Shown here: one piece after another, positions 8,108-17,370 of the stretch
How the letters are laid out: every line of letters starts with the position of its first letter
How positions within the stretch are numbered: position 1 is the stretch's first letter
Virus record (IMG/VR): IMGVR_UViG_3300029179_000004
Coordinates: 1 to 44,883 of that record
Length of the DNA: 44,883 bases
DNA from: a virus
Taxonomy: Duplodnaviria > Caudoviricetes
Direction: 5' to 3' (one strand)
Position numbers and translations under genes: made by a program
Notes under the pieces: model-generated
What the model saw: only the letters and a program-made list of their open reading frames with translations
The model's database searches: none
Told to the model about the DNA's origin: nothing

Positions 8108-9529
8108 ATGCTGAAAATAATCGAATCTAGGTATCCGCAATATTACACCAACCTGAAGGACTACAAGTTGTGGCGGGATGTTTACGATGGAGGTCGCGAA
8201 TTCATCACGGCTTATCTCGAACCGTTATCATTGAGTGAAGACCCGGAGAGTTATAGTAGAAGGCAACGTCTCGCATACAATCCTGCATATGCTTCATCCG
8301 CCATAAAAGAAGTTGAGCGGGCAATTGTTCATCGATTTACAGACATCGTTCGTAACGGAGGGCCGAAATCCTATCAGCTCGCGATCGCGGGTAAGGAAGG
8401 TGGTGTTGATCTGCAAGGGTCAACGATGAATCGTTTCCTTGCCCGGCGCGTCGTGAGCGAGTTATTGGTCATAGGGCGAGTGGGAATCTATGTAGACATG
8501 CCTGAGGATCCTCAGAGTCCTTATGTCTATACCTATCTGGCGGAAGATATTTTAAATTGGGCTAAGGACGAGAAGGGAAATTTCACAGCATTATTGCTAC
8601 GAGACTATTTCAACAAGCTTGATCCGCTAACAGGTTTGGCTACCGGCTTAAGTTGCCGCTATCGACATTTGAGATTAATGAACGGTTCTGTTGTTGTGAA
8701 TTTCTATGACGACCACGGTTCGTTGATCCCAGATTTATCGAGGAATCTGCTGATAGACAAGATCCCTTTCACTGTGATTGAGTTATCGAGCAGCTTGATG
8801 AAGGACATAGCCAAGCATCAAGTAGCTCTTCTCAACCTAGCGAGCACAGATATTAGTTTCCTATTAACAAGCAACACGGTCATTTATTTAGAGCAGAGAG
8901 ACTTAGCTAACTTCAATCCGTACGCGAAGAACAAGAAGGAGAAATCGGGGAGTGGTGAGGAAGTAGAGTCCGAGTCTGGAGCTTCCACTAGTCGTAGGAA
9001 CAAGATTCATATAGGAGGAGGCACAGGGCGATTCTATCCCGTGGGTGTGAATGCACCGTCGTTTATTTCTCCTCCAGCGGATCCTACCAAAGTGAGCATG
9101 GACAAGCAACAAGCTTTGGCACAAGAGATTCGTAGCATCGTTCACATGACACTAAGGACAATGTCGACTACTAAGGCTCCAGAGTCAGCGGATTCGAAGA
9201 AGCAGGATCTAACCTCACTCGAATCTGGTTTGAGTTTCATAGGAGGGGTTTTAGAGCAAGCTGAGATTCAAATTTTAGATTTATGGATGATGTATGACCG
9301 AGAGAAGACGATGGGGCCCGCTCGGATTATATACCCGGACAGTTGGAATCTGAGAACGTCAGCGGATCTTTTATCAGAAGCTCTAAGTTTGATGAGTCTG
9401 ACTTCGCAGATTAGGTCAAAGACGATGAGGGTAGAATTGGAGAAGCAGATTTTTGACTTGGTTCTGGGCAACACAGTCATGCCGGAAACAAGGGCGAAAA
9501 TAGAATCGGAGCTAGCAAGTGACGAGTGA
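8108..9529 (+). CDS. Portal protein
   Basis: About 470 aa directly after the terminase; WRDVYDGG, YNPAY, GRVGIYVDMP, ESADSK; ATG 8108 preferred as start. Confidence 0.8.
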   Translation: MLKIIESRYPQYYTNLKDYKLWRDVYDGGREFITAYLEPLSLSEDPESYSRRQRLAYNPAYASSAIKEVERAIVHRFTDIVRNGGPKSYQLAIAGKEGGVDLQGSTMNRFLARRVVSELLVIGRVGIYVDMPEDPQSPYVYTYLAEDILNWAKDEKGNFTALLLRDYFNKLDPLTGLATGLSCRYRHLRLMNGSVVVNFYDDHGSLIPDLSRNLLIDKIPFTVIELSSSLMKDIAKHQVALLNLASTDISFLLTSNTVIYLEQRDLANFNPYAKNKKEKSGSGEEVESESGASTSRRNKIHIGGGTGRFYPVGVNAPSFISPPADPTKVSMDKQQALAQEIRSIVHMTLRTMSTTKAPESADSKKQDLTSLESGLSFIGGVLEQAEIQILDLWMMYDREKTMGPARIIYPDSWNLRTSADLLSEALSLMSLTSQIRSKTMRVELEKQIFDLVLGNTVMPETRAKIESELASDE

Positions 9530-10487
9530 AAAATTTTACAATGCGGCGACGAGGACGTTGGTGTCCGCGATTACATCGTCGGCTACTACAGCAACATTGT
9601 CTTCTGCGATCGGCCCTGCGAATTATCGATTGCGGATGGATGACGAGATTGTGTTAGTAACGGCCGTGAGCGGTCCTAACATAACAATGAGTCGAGCGCA
9701 GGAAGGCACGACAGCGGCGGCGCATTCGGCGGGTGCGACATGCATTCATCTTGGCACTGGAGGTGCTGTTGCCGCATATCGTAACGACTACCTTCAGACG
9801 GCAGCATCGGACCCGATAGACCCGTTCGAAGGCGCATTGTACCATCCATCGAATTCGAGATATCTGAAGAGATGGAACGGAAGTAGCTGGGATACGTGGG
9901 GCCCTGTGATGCTGGTAACGGTACCCAACATCACAGGTTACACGGCAGTCAATCAAGGGGGCAGCTCGGTTGACGCTACGACAGGCTCGCTTGACTTCAC
10001 GGTGCCAACGATCACGAGCGGAATCGAAGTGCGTCAATGGGTCACGTCTTACACAGCGCCAAAAACCATGACGATTGGCGTGGAGGGGTTCTTACCTGAG
10101 GAAACGGGGAAGGTTTGGGGGATGGGTTTATGTCTTCGCGATTCGACGAATTCTAAGTTCATCACTTGGGGCATCTACAGCAACAACTCATTTCCTGGGG
10201 AACCGAATCCGATCAAATGGAACGACGCGAACACTCTGCAAGGTGTGTATCTAGGGTTCGTAGCTCGTATGAATTGTATGCACAGTCATCGTCGAGTATT
10301 TAGAATTGTGGATGACGGGACTGATTTGATTTTTAAGTTCAGCGTGGACGGTCTTAACTTCCAAACCTATCATACGATTTCGCGGACTGATTTTATGACT
10401 CCGAATCAGACGGGAATCTATGTGGTCAATTCGAGTGCGACTTATGTGTTTCACCCGCGAGTCTATCATCATTTGATCGAGGTTTAG
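9519..10487 (+). CDS. Putative receptor-binding/fibre protein, paralog 1
   Basis: N-terminal ITSSATT...RAQEGTTAAAH module; C-terminal ConA/lectin-like RIVDDGT...SVDG..F segment. Confidence 0.65.
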   Translation: MTSEKFYNAATRTLVSAITSSATTATLSSAIGPANYRLRMDDEIVLVTAVSGPNITMSRAQEGTTAAAHSAGATCIHLGTGGAVAAYRNDYLQTAASDPIDPFEGALYHPSNSRYLKRWNGSSWDTWGPVMLVTVPNITGYTAVNQGGSSVDATTGSLDFTVPTITSGIEVRQWVTSYTAPKTMTIGVEGFLPEETGKVWGMGLCLRDSTNSKFITWGIYSNNSFPGEPNPIKWNDANTLQGVYLGFVARMNCMHSHRRVFRIVDDGTDLIFKFSVDGLNFQTYHTISRTDFMTPNQTGIYVVNSSATYVFHPRVYHHLIEV

Positions 10488-10493
10488 AGCATC

Positions 10494-11459
10494 GTGGAAA
10501 AATTTATCAATTTTGGCGTGACGACGTTGTCTGGGGGCATAACGTCAAGCGCAACGACGATCACTCTGACGTCAGTCTCTGCGATTCCACCTACGGGCAC
10601 TGTGAGCCTGGTCATTGGTCAAGAGGTGATGAAAGCGACGGGGCCAGCGAGCGGGAACAATGTGACGGTGACGCGTGGAGAGGACGGGTCAACAGCGGTA
10701 AGTCATGCCGATTTGAGCGTGGTGCTTGTTGCAGTGACTCCTCGTTCGTTGAATCAATTCCGGCTTGACACGATTGGATCTGGAGCATGGTCAAGCGGTC
10801 TGACGATCAGCGAGGCGGGAGGTCGATTATTTTTTCCGACAAATGGCGACGTAATCCAGTATGACAACGGGTCGAGCATAAAGGGATTTCACGGTTTGAG
10901 GAAGTTGGTGCCTCCGGATGTGAGTGCCTATTCGTGGGTAAATCAAGGCGGTGCGACTGAGAGTACGTTGGGAGGGATGGTGACGTTGAAGGCTCCAGCG
11001 GCGAGTGGTAATAATGTGAGAGCGAGGGTGAAGAGTTACACTGTGCCATATTCTTTGATTGCTTTGATAACAAACGACTATCGCGAGGACAACGTACCGA
11101 ACGGCGGGTTGACTTTTTACGACGGGACGAAGTTCAGTGCGATATCGTTTACCAGGTTCAATGGCCGCAATCATTTTTTCACATACAAATATGACAACGT
11201 GACGACGTTCAACGATGTGTACGACGATTTGATTTATGATCACGGACCGACGTATCCGCAATGGGTGAAGATCCGGGATGACGGAACGAATTTGACATTT
11301 GGATATGGGATCGACGGAAAGAATTTTACGACGCTTCGAACGGTGTCGAGGACGAATTTTTTCCCGAGCGGTCCGACCCATGCTGGGTATTATTTGAACG
11401 TCAACAACGCGTCGAATCCGGCCCACTTAAACTTGATGAGTTTGGAGCCAGGTACATGA
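10494..11459 (+). CDS. Putative receptor-binding/fibre protein, paralog 2
   Basis: Same architecture: ITSSATT...RGEDGSTAVSH, WVNQG, KIRDDGT...SRTNF. Confidence 0.65.
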   Translation: MEKFINFGVTTLSGGITSSATTITLTSVSAIPPTGTVSLVIGQEVMKATGPASGNNVTVTRGEDGSTAVSHADLSVVLVAVTPRSLNQFRLDTIGSGAWSSGLTISEAGGRLFFPTNGDVIQYDNGSSIKGFHGLRKLVPPDVSAYSWVNQGGATESTLGGMVTLKAPAASGNNVRARVKSYTVPYSLIALITNDYREDNVPNGGLTFYDGTKFSAISFTRFNGRNHFFTYKYDNVTTFNDVYDDLIYDHGPTYPQWVKIRDDGTNLTFGYGIDGKNFTTLRTVSRTNFFPSGPTHAGYYLNVNNASNPAHLNLMSLEPGT

Positions 11460-12442
11460 TAGAGAAATGGAATCTGTTTGCGACGTCGACACTGGCAAGC
11501 AGCATTACGAATTCGGCGACGTCTCTGACGGTGGCGTCTGGCACAGGGAGTTTGTTTCCGTCGTCGGGCAATTTTCGGTTGTTGGTTGACAGCGAGTACA
11601 TGCTTGGTACCGGGAGGAGCGGCGATGTGATTTCTGTGCAGCGAGCTCAGGAGGGTAGTACGGCTGTTTCGCATGCTTCAGGAGCGACGGTGTCGAATAT
11701 TTTGACGGCGGAGTCACTTCGTCAGATGATGAAGGACACAAGGCTGAAAGATCCAGGGTCGTTCACAGCGACCGCAGGGGGCAGGATTTCGCAGCACAGT
11801 GATTCGATTTTTCTGAAGCAAGATGACGGGTCGACGGTGCGAGCTTATGGCCCGATTTGGAAATTAGTCGAGCCTCTTGCGAGTAACTTCGGTTGGGTGA
11901 ATCAGGGGACTGGTGCGGTTCATGCAAACAATGGCGGTCTGTTTATATCAGAGGGAACGCCTGGGACGAGTCACAATTTACGGATTCAGAAGCAAGCGGC
12001 TCCATCGACGCCTTACACCATAACGACGCTGGGTATTCCGAATTGGGGGTCGGTGCATGCAGTGATTGCGGGGATCGGGTTCAGGGAGAGCAGCACGGGG
12101 AAGTTGTCGACGATTCATTTTTTGACTTACAACTCGGGGCAGATTGGAGCCTTGGAGGTGTCGAACTGGAACAGCCCGACGTCGTTTTCAAGCAGCCCTG
12201 TGTTCTTCGATTTGAAGAGTTGCGGCTACTTCGACGGAGTGTTTTTGAGGATCACCGATGACGGGACGAATGTGTATCGCGAGTTCTCGAGTAATGGGTT
12301 TGATTTTTATCCGTTGCATTCATCGAGTCGAACCGCGTTCATGTCCAGCGGTCCGAACGAGGTGTTCTTCTTTATCAGCACAGCGACAACGGTGACGACG
12401 TACCAATACGGTTATCATCTTCTATCGTGGGCGATCACATGA
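11456..12442 (+). CDS. Putative receptor-binding/fibre protein, paralog 3
   Basis: Same architecture: ITNSATS...RAQEGSTAVSH, WVNQG, RITDDGT...SRTAF. Confidence 0.65.
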   Translation: MIEKWNLFATSTLASSITNSATSLTVASGTGSLFPSSGNFRLLVDSEYMLGTGRSGDVISVQRAQEGSTAVSHASGATVSNILTAESLRQMMKDTRLKDPGSFTATAGGRISQHSDSIFLKQDDGSTVRAYGPIWKLVEPLASNFGWVNQGTGAVHANNGGLFISEGTPGTSHNLRIQKQAAPSTPYTITTLGIPNWGSVHAVIAGIGFRESSTGKLSTIHFLTYNSGQIGALEVSNWNSPTSFSSSPVFFDLKSCGYFDGVFLRITDDGTNVYREFSSNGFDFYPLHSSSRTAFMSSGPNEVFFFISTATTVTTYQYGYHLLSWAIT

Positions 12443-13734
12443 TTACGCAGCTCGGAGTGTATGGGGTCTTGGTTCTTGGTGGAAATCCGCCGAGCACCCG
12501 CACGTCTCAGTTGGGTACTTCGAATACACAAGCGGGTTTGTTTTATCTTGGTGGCGACCCGTTTGCGGCTGTTATAATTTCTGCGAATTTCGAAGAAACT
12601 GTCACGGTGACGGATTCGTTGACTGCCCCGACAATCCGTTCGCGTTCGTTCAGTGAAGTGGTCACGGTTAATGAAACGTTTTCGTCCAGCTCCTTGTCTG
12701 GTTATTTCACAGAAACTGTGACGATCACGGACACACACACAGCGACAGGGTATCGATCATCGTTTGTTGAAACGGTGAGCGTGTCCGACGCGTTTACGTC
12801 GACGGCAGTTCGAAACAAAACGTTCACGGAAACGGTGAGCATTCTTGATGTGTTGTCGTCCGAGAAACTCTCGCAGTTCAACGAGACGGTAACGGTGACT
12901 GACACGGTTACGTCGACGAGTCAAAAGACATTCACTGAAGCAGTGACGATCAGTGAGACTCTGACGACGCATTATGCGATTCAGAACTATACGTTCAACG
13001 AGCCTGTGTTTGTGGTTGAAACGTTTGACACCGTCCGTCGACGACCTGCAGTTTTTAGCGAAGCGTCGGTGATAACGGACGGCTTTTCCTCGCACAGGGT
13101 TTTGTCAGCGTCGTTCAGTGAAACGGTAACGATGACGGAGTCGTTCACGCAAGCAAGTCACAGGGCATTTGCCGAGTCGATGTCAATCACTGAAACATTT
13201 ACGACAGCGAAGATCGGTTATTCATCGTTCACAGAAACGGTCTCGCTCACGGACACTTTTTCGCGTCAGAAAATCAGTCATTCAGTTTTCACGGAACCTG
13301 TCGCGGTACTTGAAAAAAGAAATGTTTTTGATGTTGTAGTCGACGGCTTTTTGAGTAGTATAAATAGAGATGACGGATCGATCAAATTAACGGGCAAGAG
13401 CACTGTTTTGGAGATGGGTTCGGTCGAGCTAGGGGATACTGAGGCTGGTGGGACGGAAGTCGTAAAAAGCCGTTCCATGTCTGGGCAATTGAGGACGTAC
13501 GTCAAGAAGCAGTCAAGGCATCATTTGCATTACACTCTGGAAGTGGCATTCAGTAAGGCTGTGGAGTATCAACGATTTACTCGCCAAGAAATTGGCAACG
13601 TAATCACATTGGAGAATTGGAAGGGTGAGAAGTGGGTAGGGTATCTCGCCACGAATCCGAATAAAATAACGACAGTGAGGCGAGGCGAGTTAACCAAGAT
13701 CGAAGTCGACTTTGACGGGGTGAGAGTGCTGTGA
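12439..13734 (+). CDS. Virion protein with FxExVxxxD/E repeats and a C-terminal distal-tail-like domain
   Basis: More than ten F(T/S)ETVT(V/I)T(D/E) repeats; C-terminus similar in layout to 24113-24952. Confidence 0.6.
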   Translation: MITQLGVYGVLVLGGNPPSTRTSQLGTSNTQAGLFYLGGDPFAAVIISANFEETVTVTDSLTAPTIRSRSFSEVVTVNETFSSSSLSGYFTETVTITDTHTATGYRSSFVETVSVSDAFTSTAVRNKTFTETVSILDVLSSEKLSQFNETVTVTDTVTSTSQKTFTEAVTISETLTTHYAIQNYTFNEPVFVVETFDTVRRRPAVFSEASVITDGFSSHRVLSASFSETVTMTESFTQASHRAFAESMSITETFTTAKIGYSSFTETVSLTDTFSRQKISHSVFTEPVAVLEKRNVFDVVVDGFLSSINRDDGSIKLTGKSTVLEMGSVELGDTEAGGTEVVKSRSMSGQLRTYVKKQSRHHLHYTLEVAFSKAVEYQRFTRQEIGNVITLENWKGEKWVGYLATNPNKITTVRRGELTKIEVDFDGVRVL

Positions 13735-14237
13735 CGATTATAAATGCGACCTTCTCTGAGCAAGTGAGTTTTGTTGAAGTCGGGGCGATGCAATCAGCAG
13801 TACCGCATTACGGGACGCTGAACAAAGCAGCCAACTATTTTCTGTCGGCATCCGATTGGATAGTGATACCAGATCCGCAAAAGACCAATTTGTTGGTGCA
13901 AGCGACAAGGAGGATCGATGCGCTGTCGTATGCTGGAAATAAATTGGCCGAGGATCAGGAGTTAGAGTTCCCAAGGGACATAGAGACAATCTCAAGCGAG
14001 AGGCAATTAAAGGACGTGGAAGAGGCCTGTTATTTGATTGCGATGCATCTTCACAAGAACGGGGAAACGAATAAGAGAGTCGCAGTTGCTTCGACAGGGG
14101 GCGTCCGAGTACAATATACGAAGACGCTGACGCCCGCAGAGACGTCGGGTATTTTCGACGAACAAGCTTGGCTGATACTAGAGAAGTATCTAGAGCCGAT
14201 TGATTTTTACCAGACCAATTTGGAGAGACTACAGTGA
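13731..14237 (+). CDS. Putative head-tail adaptor (DnaT-like head-completion family)
   Basis: AANYF...W...LLVQATRRID...GNK...DQELEFPR...EEACYLIA. Confidence 0.65.
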   Translation: MTIINATFSEQVSFVEVGAMQSAVPHYGTLNKAANYFLSASDWIVIPDPQKTNLLVQATRRIDALSYAGNKLAEDQELEFPRDIETISSERQLKDVEEACYLIAMHLHKNGETNKRVAVASTGGVRVQYTKTLTPAETSGIFDEQAWLILEKYLEPIDFYQTNLERLQ

Positions 14238-14779
14238 ATGTGACATACACACGAGCGCAACTCGAAGAAATATTACAAGCTCATCGGCAAGAGAGCGAGC
14301 AGTCATTGATCGAGGAGATAGCTAAATTCGAAGAGTATCAAAGCAAGCAGTTATTGATCAAAGAACAGGAAGAGCGATTACAGTTGCGGGATAAAATGTC
14401 TAAGATATCAAGGGAGACTTTTGCTCGCGAGAAGAAGGCAGTCGAAGAGGTATTGAAGAATAGGTTGACGTCGGGTATCTTCGACGATCAGGCTTGGCTG
14501 ACACAAGACAAGTATTTGGAGAGACTACAGTGAGTGAAACTGTGAATGTGACATACACACAAGCGCAAGTTGACGAGATGTTGCAAGCGGATCGGCAAAA
14601 GAGCAAGCAGTTATTGGCCGAGGAGTTAACTAAATTCGGAGAGCTCCAAAGCAAGTTGAATTTGACCGAGACGCAGAAAACTGAACTGGAAGAGCGATTA
14701 CAGTCGATGCAGAAAGTGCACGAGAGCTCAAGGGAGACTCTTGCTCGTGAGAAGAAAGCGGCCGAAGAGGCGTTGAAGA
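14141..14779 (+). repeat. Diverged tandem duplication, period about 326 bp (14141-14459 and 14467-14779)
   Basis: gacgtcgggtat(t/c)ttcgacg, ttggagagactacagtga, gtgaatgtgacatacacac and gagaagaa blocks each occur twice. Confidence 0.9.
14234..14533 (+). CDS. Chimeric scaffold-N/adaptor-C protein created by the duplication
   Basis: N-terminus NVTYTRAQLEEILQA matches the scaffold; C-terminus TSGIFDDQAWL...YLERLQ matches the adaptor end. Confidence 0.65.
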   Translation: MNVTYTRAQLEEILQAHRQESEQSLIEEIAKFEEYQSKQLLIKEQEERLQLRDKMSKISRETFAREKKAVEEVLKNRLTSGIFDDQAWLTQDKYLERLQ

Positions 14780-15186
14780 GGACACAAGAAGCGAATGCTG
14801 CTGCTGCGAAGTTATGGCAGCAACGCCACAACGATCTTTTAATCGGTAGAGAGCTGATGGAAAAGGCGGCTCAGAGCGGGGCGATTAACCCTTCGATTAT
14901 AACCCAATTGCTTTCGTCGCGAGCCCATATCGTGCCTGAATTGGATGAAAAGGGAGAAGCGAAGGATGGCGAATTCAAGGTATTGATCAATTGGCAAGGC
15001 AAGGAAATGACAACTGGCGACGTCGTCGCAGAAATGCAGGAATCGGAAGCCTATCGCATGTTGTTTGCGTCTAAGAAAGTCAGCGGCTTAGGTGCGACCA
15101 CGTCCGACCAACGTATGAAAGAAGACCCTTGGGCTGTGGCAGCCTCCATCGTCTCTAAAAGACGATTTACAAATTCGTTTAGTTAA
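14530..15186 (+). CDS. Putative capsid scaffolding protein
   Basis: TYTQAQVDEM start, long coiled coil, LF...SGLG near the C-terminus, directly upstream of the capsid gene; GTG 14530 overlaps the previous TGA. Confidence 0.7.
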   Translation: MSETVNVTYTQAQVDEMLQADRQKSKQLLAEELTKFGELQSKLNLTETQKTELEERLQSMQKVHESSRETLAREKKAAEEALKRTQEANAAAAKLWQQRHNDLLIGRELMEKAAQSGAINPSIITQLLSSRAHIVPELDEKGEAKDGEFKVLINWQGKEMTTGDVVAEMQESEAYRMLFASKKVSGLGATTSDQRMKEDPWAVAASIVSKRRFTNSFS

Positions 15187-15189
15187 GGT

Positions 15190-15325
15190 ATGTATGAGTC
15201 GGCTTTGCAGGCTCATTGATGTATGAGTCGGTTCTACCGGCTCATTGATGTATGAGTCGGTTCTGCCGGCTCATTGATGTATGAGATCACTGAGAGACCT
15301 CAATGAGGTTGCTCAGTGATCTCAT
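15190..15325 (+). repeat. Three 29-nt palindromic tandem repeats plus a 14-bp perfect inverted repeat in the capsid leader
   Basis: ATGTATGAGTCGG-N-GGCTCATTG x3 (15190, 15219, 15248), then ATGAGATCACTGAG...CTCAGTGATCTCAT (15281-15325). Confidence 0.9.
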
Positions 15326-15346
15326 CGAAACAGTAAGGGGGGATAA

Positions 15347-16720
15347 ATGGCTAACAACAACACTGCGCTGATCCCAGAGATTTGGGCAGCGAGTAGTATT
15401 CGCTATCTTGAAGCGAATACCAATTTTGTCAAGCTAGTGAATGGCGACTATAGTGCCGATGTAGCTCGCATGGGCTCTGTCGTGCACACAAACTTAGTTG
15501 CTCCGTTGCCGGAAAATCGTCGATACGATTTTACTCAACCAGTTCCTACGTCTGACGTGAGTGCTTCTCCGGTAACGATCACTATGAATCAGCTTGTGCA
15601 ACAATCCATACTTCTTGATGATATGGATGTGTCACTAGCAACAGAAAACTTGTTTGCCAAATACGGTGAACAAATGGCCCTTGCAATGGCTCGCACAGTA
15701 GAGCGAATTATTGCCGGCCAAATCTATCAGTTTATGAGCTATGGTGTCGGCGTGCTTGAATCGACTGCGTCGATCAGCCCAGTTCAACCGTCGACGATGA
15801 AAGCGCAGACGAATCTGATCAAACGGGGTGTGACGAACGAAGAATTGATCGCGGTCTTAAGCCCAGGAACGTATGCGGCCTTGGTGCAAAATCCTGCCTT
15901 CTCCGGGGACTATGTACTAGCCGATCAGGGCACAGTTGCTCGAACGGGATTGCTAGGTTATCGGTACGGAATCAGCTTTGCGCGAAGTGCGCATCTCCCA
16001 GAGGTAACTACTTCGATCCCGACGAATAACGTTGTCGTGCAAGCGGGCACGGCTGCTTCGGCGGGAGCCACGTCGTTGACCCTGAATGTTGGTACTTATG
16101 CGGGAACCGGCCTCGTAGTAGGCAGCTGGTTCTATGTGAACGATGCGGGTTATCCCCATCGTGTTTTAACCGTTACTGGCGGCATTGCGGGTCAACCAGC
16201 GTCAATCACGTTTACGCCGGAGCTGGTTCAGAATGTGGCGTCGGGCACGAGCATCACTGCAACAAAGACGACGACGACAACTGCCGCGTTTGCTGCTGGC
16301 TATATGGGACCGATTGCTATTGCAGCCCCTGCATATCCGTTAACAGTAGGTCAAATGATCTCTTTCGGCAGTGAGTATCATGCGGTTATTCGCGTCGTGG
16401 ACAGCACACATATTTTGTTAGATCGACCGTTAGAAGCGGCGGTGTCGAGCGGTGCAGTGATGGGCATTAGTCCTGCTGGCAATTACAATTTCATGATGAC
16501 TCGTGACGCAATCGGCATTGCTATGCGATCATTACATCTACCGCCAACGATCGGAAACAACAATGTATCTGGCGCCATTATGGAATCACCAGACACAGGC
16601 ATTCCAATGCGTGTAGTTACGTCTTACGATGCCGCGTATCAAAAGACGCGAGTAACAATGGATTTGCTAATGGGCATCACCGTACTTAACCCAGTAGCTG
16701 GAAATCCTATTTTCGCATAA
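15347..16720 (+). CDS. Major capsid protein (P22 gp5-like) with a large beta-rich insertion
   Basis: ALIPEIWA, LVNGDY, GLLGYRYG, AIGIAMRSL, MRVVTSYD...DLLMG; AAGGGGGG RBS. Confidence 0.85.
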   Translation: MANNNTALIPEIWAASSIRYLEANTNFVKLVNGDYSADVARMGSVVHTNLVAPLPENRRYDFTQPVPTSDVSASPVTITMNQLVQQSILLDDMDVSLATENLFAKYGEQMALAMARTVERIIAGQIYQFMSYGVGVLESTASISPVQPSTMKAQTNLIKRGVTNEELIAVLSPGTYAALVQNPAFSGDYVLADQGTVARTGLLGYRYGISFARSAHLPEVTTSIPTNNVVVQAGTAASAGATSLTLNVGTYAGTGLVVGSWFYVNDAGYPHRVLTVTGGIAGQPASITFTPELVQNVASGTSITATKTTTTTAAFAAGYMGPIAIAAPAYPLTVGQMISFGSEYHAVIRVVDSTHILLDRPLEAAVSSGAVMGISPAGNYNFMMTRDAIGIAMRSLHLPPTIGNNNVSGAIMESPDTGIPMRVVTSYDAAYQKTRVTMDLLMGITVLNPVAGNPIFA

Positions 16721-16724
16721 TGCC

Positions 16725-17129
16725 ATGGATATCCTATTGAATGCCGTAGCGACTCTTGGGCTACCCACAGTATTATGCGGAGTTCTCTTATGGGGTATCT
16801 GGAGGATACTGAACGTAGCTCATAAGGACATTTTCCTTCCGATAGTGGAGAGTCATAAAATTTTTCTCGAAGGAACGAAACAACATTTAGATAGCACTTC
16901 AGAGGCGATTGGAAATATTCGAGACACTCTGGAGAAACTCGAAGCTACTATGGAGTCGCTATTAGCTGCTAAAAAAGAATCGATATCAGTGATGCAAGCT
17001 TTAAGGCGTATGCCTGAGAATTTGATACAGGAGATACAGAAACATGCTGATAAAATCGGCTTTTCTTCACTTGCATCAGAACTTCGGTCGAATGATTCAG
17101 GGTTTCAAACGTCAACCACTTCAAAGTGA
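16725..17129 (+). CDS. Single-TM plus coiled-coil membrane protein (possible holin-like)
   Basis: LGLPTVLCGVLLWGIW hydrophobic segment followed by an amphipathic helix. Confidence 0.5.
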   Translation: MDILLNAVATLGLPTVLCGVLLWGIWRILNVAHKDIFLPIVESHKIFLEGTKQHLDSTSEAIGNIRDTLEKLEATMESLLAAKKESISVMQALRRMPENLIQEIQKHADKIGFSSLASELRSNDSGFQTSTTSK

Positions 17130-17370
17130 TGTAATTCACGGAGAGAGGCACAACAGCTATACCCGAGTTTATGGAAGAGGGTATGCGATATCTGCTAAAG
17201 AGTATATCACGGACATGGCTTTGTGCGAAGGTGATTATTTAACGGAATTGGAATCCTCCATATGTTTCAAAATCATGAGTGTGAAAAGAGTCGAGCAGGG
17301 ACTCTTTCGATACACTGTCAGCGAGATAAAAGTTATCGACTTACCGGAAACTATATATGCGACATTTTGA
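17092..17370 (+). CDS. Hypothetical protein, possible head-closure protein
   Basis: Position between capsid and tail genes; GDYL...FKIMSVK beta pattern; start uncertain. Confidence 0.45.
   Translation: MIQGFKRQPLQSDVIHGERHNSYTRVYGRGYAISAKEYITDMALCEGDYLTELESSICFKIMSVKRVEQGLFRYTVSEIKVIDLPETIYATF

Noticed and set aside
9519-12442. DGR or invertible shufflon acting on the fibre genes
   Set aside because: No reverse transcriptase, no adenine-specific TR/VR pair, no invertase or inverted crossover sites seen; all three genes are full length and co-oriented
14141-14779. Assembly artefact as the cause of the duplication
   Set aside because: The copies differ by many substitutions and indels, which a mis-assembly would not produce
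15190-15325. Mini CRISPR array
   Set aside because: The variable parts are only a few nt, near-identical and self-complementary; there are no spacer-length unique sequences and no cas operon
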